Below, in pieces: positions 60,862-64,000 of a stretch of DNA of 64,000 nucleotides. The translations under genes were made by a program, and so were the position numbers. Source of the DNA: Candidatus Bathyarchaeota archaeon (GTDB taxonomy: Archaea > Thermoproteota > CALKCG01 > B24 > DRYS01); NCBI GenBank assembly GCA_018396535.1, contig JAGTQC010000005.1, positions 64,001 through 128,000 on the forward strand, given 5' to 3'. Position 1 is the first letter of the stretch; the number at the start of each line of letters is the position of its first letter. The notes beneath the pieces were generated by a model. The model was not told the origin of the DNA, did no database searches, and was given only the letters and a program-made list of their open reading frames with translations.

Positions 60862-61401
60862 TTGGGTATTCCATACCTATTCGAAAGGAGGGGTAACGTC
60901 AGCCTTATAGTAGGATTACTCGTATCTGTAACTATAGGAACCCTGGCTTTGATAATAGCTGAGGATATAGCGGATATAGGTATAGCGTTAGGCGCATTCC
61001 TAGGCGGGTTGATAGCTGGTAGATTCACTGTTAAACCATTGAACGGAGGATCTAGGGGTGCAGCTGTAGGTGTGCTAAGCCTTCTACTATACTACTTCTT
61101 CATAGTACCTGCACTCTATATGGCTAGACTTATAACTATACCTGAGGTGGAGCCTTCTACGCTGGAATTGATAGTTGCATGGATAGTAACTATACTAGAG
61201 CTTGTAGGTGTAGGATTCGTAGGCGGGGTTGCCGGCTACTATACTACTATAGGTGTTAAACCAGCTATGAAGCCTACTCCGGAAGCTAAACCTACTATAC
61301 CAAGCTTATCTAGATGTCCTAGATGCGGTGCATCCCTACCAGTCGATGCTATATACTGTCCACAATGCGGTTTTAAGGTTAGGGAGGTTAGACCCGTCTA
61401 A
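60862..61401 (+). CDS. Membrane protein with C-terminal double zinc ribbon
   Basis: About 4 TM helices plus CPRCG..YCPQCG. Confidence 0.7.
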   Translation: MGIPYLFERRGNVSLIVGLLVSVTIGTLALIIAEDIADIGIALGAFLGGLIAGRFTVKPLNGGSRGAAVGVLSLLLYYFFIVPALYMARLITIPEVEPSTLELIVAWIVTILELVGVGFVGGVAGYYTTIGVKPAMKPTPEAKPTIPSLSRCPRCGASLPVDAIYCPQCGFKVREVRPV

Positions 61402-62245
61402 TATCTAAGCTTAGATCTATAGCTTTAACAGAATGTGTTAACCTACCCAGCGATACTATATCGATACCCTTAGATACGTATTCGACTATATTCTCCTCAT
61501 CTATACCTCCAGATACCTCTATCAAAACCCTTCTCCTCAACCCCCTCTCCTCTAGTAGCTTCACAGCTTCCTCCACCATGCTAACCGTGAAGTTATCTAG
61601 CATAACTATATCAGCTCCAGCTTCAGCAGCTTCTACAGCCTCCTCGATACTAGATACTTCTACCTCGATCTTATATGCGAAGCTAGCTCTAGCTTTAGCC
61701 TTCGCTACAGCTTCTCTAACAGATCCTACTAGAGCTACATGATTATCCTTTATCAGTATCATATCCTCGAGTCTAAGCCTATGTGTATCTCCTCCACCAA
61801 CCTCTACAGCTTTCTTATCGAAGTATCTAAGACCGGGTGGTATCTTACGTGTAGCAGCTATCTTAACATCTAACCCTGCTTCTCTAACCTTATCTACGAG
61901 TCTACGTGTAGCTGTAGCTATACCACACATACGTGAGAGTAGGTTGAGTAGAGTCCTCTCGATAGCTAGTATAGTTCTAGCATCACCCCTAACCTTGAAT
62001 ATTGTATCTCCTCTCCTAAACCTCTCTCCATCAGCTATGCTATACTCTACTCTCAACCCAACTATCTCAGATAGTATACACGCCTCCCATAAACCTGCTG
62101 CTACCCCATCCTCCTTAGCTACGATAACCCCCTCCGCTTCTACATCCTCATCTACCAGGATAGCTGTAGTTACATCCGTTAATCCTAGATCCTCTTCTAG
62201 AAACTCTAGTAGCATATCGGCTACTACCTGTTTAGGAAGCCACAT
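61388..62245 (-). CDS. nadC: Quinolinate phosphoribosyltransferase
   Basis: TRK, HR, IKDNH, IEVEV, MLDN and SGGI. Confidence 0.96.
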   Translation of the reverse strand: MWLPKQVVADMLLEFLEEDLGLTDVTTAILVDEDVEAEGVIVAKEDGVAAGLWEACILSEIVGLRVEYSIADGERFRRGDTIFKVRGDARTILAIERTLLNLLSRMCGIATATRRLVDKVREAGLDVKIAATRKIPPGLRYFDKKAVEVGGGDTHRLRLEDMILIKDNHVALVGSVREAVAKAKARASFAYKIEVEVSSIEEAVEAAEAGADIVMLDNFTVSMVEEAVKLLEERGLRRRVLIEVSGGIDEENIVEYVSKGIDIVSLGRLTHSVKAIDLSLDIRRV

Positions 62246-62300
62246 ACTAGATCAATCGTAAATCTTAAACACTCTCCTAGATAACCTTGTATATGTCTAG

Positions 62301-62996
62301 ATGTATGGTGGGAGGGTGGCTCTAGCTTTCTCAGGTGGTAAGGATAGCGTTTATACAGCATGGCTCCTATCATCTCAAGGATTCGATCTAATACTATTCA
62401 CTATCCAGCCTGAAAGCGATGGATCATGGATATTCCACTATCCTAACTCAGCTTACACATGGATGCAATCTGAAGCTCTAGGTCTGCCATGGATTAAGCG
62501 TAGGAGTGTTGTAGGGGAGAGGGAGGAGCTGGAGTCTCTGAGAGGCGTAGTAGATGAAGCTATAAGGATCTGGGATATCGGAGCTCTTGCTTCAGGAGTC
62601 GTTTATAGCTGGTATCAGATGAGGATATTCCAGCTTATCTCAGATGAGTTTGGGTTGAAGCTTTATACACCGTTGTGGGGGAAGGATCCGTTGAAGCTTC
62701 TACTCGAGGAGATCGAATCCGGTATGGAGATAATAGTTACCAGCGTAGCTGCGGAGGGTTTGGGTGAGGATTGGCTCGGTGTTAAGCTTGACTATGATTC
62801 TATAGATAAGTTGAGGATGCTTAGCCTCAGGTATGGTTTAAGCCCTATAGGTGAGGGGGGTGAGATGGAGACTTTCGTAGTAGATGCGCCATTCTTCAAG
62901 TATAGGATCCATATAAAGCGTTCTAGAAGGGTGTGGAGGGGTGTGAGCGGATACCTAGATATAGAGGAGGCTACGCTGCATCCTAAGCTTCTCTGA
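62301..62996 (+). CDS. Diphthine--ammonia ligase (Dph6 family)
   Basis: SGGKDS, PLWG and GEGGEMETFV. Confidence 0.92.
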   Translation: MYGGRVALAFSGGKDSVYTAWLLSSQGFDLILFTIQPESDGSWIFHYPNSAYTWMQSEALGLPWIKRRSVVGEREELESLRGVVDEAIRIWDIGALASGVVYSWYQMRIFQLISDEFGLKLYTPLWGKDPLKLLLEEIESGMEIIVTSVAAEGLGEDWLGVKLDYDSIDKLRMLSLRYGLSPIGEGGEMETFVVDAPFFKYRIHIKRSRRVWRGVSGYLDIEEATLHPKLL

Positions 62997-64000
62997 ATAC
63001 TCTTATAGCATCAGCTACCCTCTCGTATACCTCTTCTTCATCTATATTCACGATACGGTTATACCAGACTACCGGCTCCCCATCTACTATCGTAGAGTGT
63101 ACATCGCTACCGCTACAAGCGTAGACTATATTCGATATGAGACCCTCAGCTCCGTGTATAGGTTGTAGTCTAGGCTTTCTAAGATCTATGATAGCTATAT
63201 CCGCACGTGCTCCGATGCCTATGTAGCCAGCTTTATCTATACCTAGCGCTCTATATCCTTGGATAGTAGCTGCCTCCAATACCCTCCATGCTGGTAGAGT
63301 TGTAGGATCCCACCTATACCATTTATGTATCAGAGCAGTGGCCTTCATAGTCTCGAACATATCTAGGCTATTATTACTCGCAGCCCCGTCTGTTCCAAGC
63401 CCTACTACTACACCTTTCCCTATCATATCTGGTATAGGTGCTACCCCACCGACTGCTAGCTTTAGATTGGATATAGGGCAGTGGGCTACCTTAACTCTAC
63501 GTGAAGCTATAATCTCTATCTCTCTAGGTGAGAGCCATACACAATGTGCCGCTATAACTCTATCTGTTAGGAATCCTAGGGAATCTAGGTATTCGATCTC
63601 TCTCCTACCATACATCTTCTCAAACCTACTCTGCTCCCCCCTCGTCTCCGCTAAATGTATATGAACTAGCAGATTCTCCCTCTCAGATCTATCCCTAACC
63701 CACATCAAGGTATCATCTGAGCATGTATAGGGTGCATGAGGTCCTAGAGCAGCTTTAACCCTATCATCTCCTAGACTCTTCACGTAATCTATAAATCTCT
63801 CAGCAGATCTACGACTATAGATCCTTAGTTTTAGATCTGATCGCCTATCCTCTGGATCGAAGGTATCTATAATACCTACAGAAGCTACTATCCTCATACC
63901 TACTTTTAGAGCAGCTTTCACAGACTCCTCTGGATGATAGTACATATCTAGGAAGCATGTGGTTCCGCTCCTAGCCATCTCCATACATGCTAGTAGTGCT
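62983..64000 (-). CDS. MTA/SAH deaminase-family amidohydrolase, 5' end outside the window
   Basis: GPHAPY, HIHLAET, AHCV and LGTDGAASNN; the frame stays open to the window edge. Confidence 0.88.
   Translation of the reverse strand, partial: ALLACMEMARSGTTCFLDMYYHPEESVKAALKVGMRIVASVGIIDTFDPEDRRSDLKLRIYSRRSAERFIDYVKSLGDDRVKAALGPHAPYTCSDDTLMWVRDRSERENLLVHIHLAETRGEQSRFEKMYGRREIEYLDSLGFLTDRVIAAHCVWLSPREIEIIASRRVKVAHCPISNLKLAVGGVAPIPDMIGKGVVVGLGTDGAASNNSLDMFETMKATALIHKWYRWDPTTLPAWRVLEAATIQGYRALGIDKAGYIGIGARADIAIIDLRKPRLQPIHGAEGLISNIVYACSGSDVHSTIVDGEPVVWYNRIVNIDEEEVYERVADAIRVFREA

Noticed and set aside
1-64000. CRISPR array, rRNA, intact transposase or inteins
   Set aside because: No regularly spaced repeats, rRNA-like tracts or transposase ORFs were seen; rfcS and cdc6 are of normal length.

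Overview
A 64 kb archaeal chromosomal segment with a gene set typical of TACK archaea (Bathyarchaeia-like; lineage inferred, not proven). The housekeeping core includes the exosome/proteasome/RNase P superoperon, nop5-fibrillarin-trm1, TFE-beta, argG-lysW-lysZ-lysK, cdc6, rfcSL, mfnB, rpl44e, rpl22, archease, nadC and dph6. It is interleaved with sugar-catabolic genes (FucI-like isomerase, GalK/GalT-like, NagA-like, GH3, GH29, GH42). Two nearly identical tRNA-Thr genes lie in inverted orientation. The second is flanked by pseudogenes: an integrase N-terminus, an Mrr-N-like fragment, an MgtA remnant and a Gfo/Idh/MocA oxidoreductase. The top finding is a small Lrp/AsnC (RAM-domain) gene missed by the ORF track (46233-46486). 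It is interrupted by a 23-nt insert that folds into a canonical bulge-helix-bulge, and the predicted cut sites restore the reading frame exactly, making it a candidate archaeal mRNA intron. The second finding is an HTH + ATP-cone + class III RNR-fold protein that appears to lack the catalytic cysteines and the glycyl-radical motif, so it may be a nucleotide-sensing regulator.
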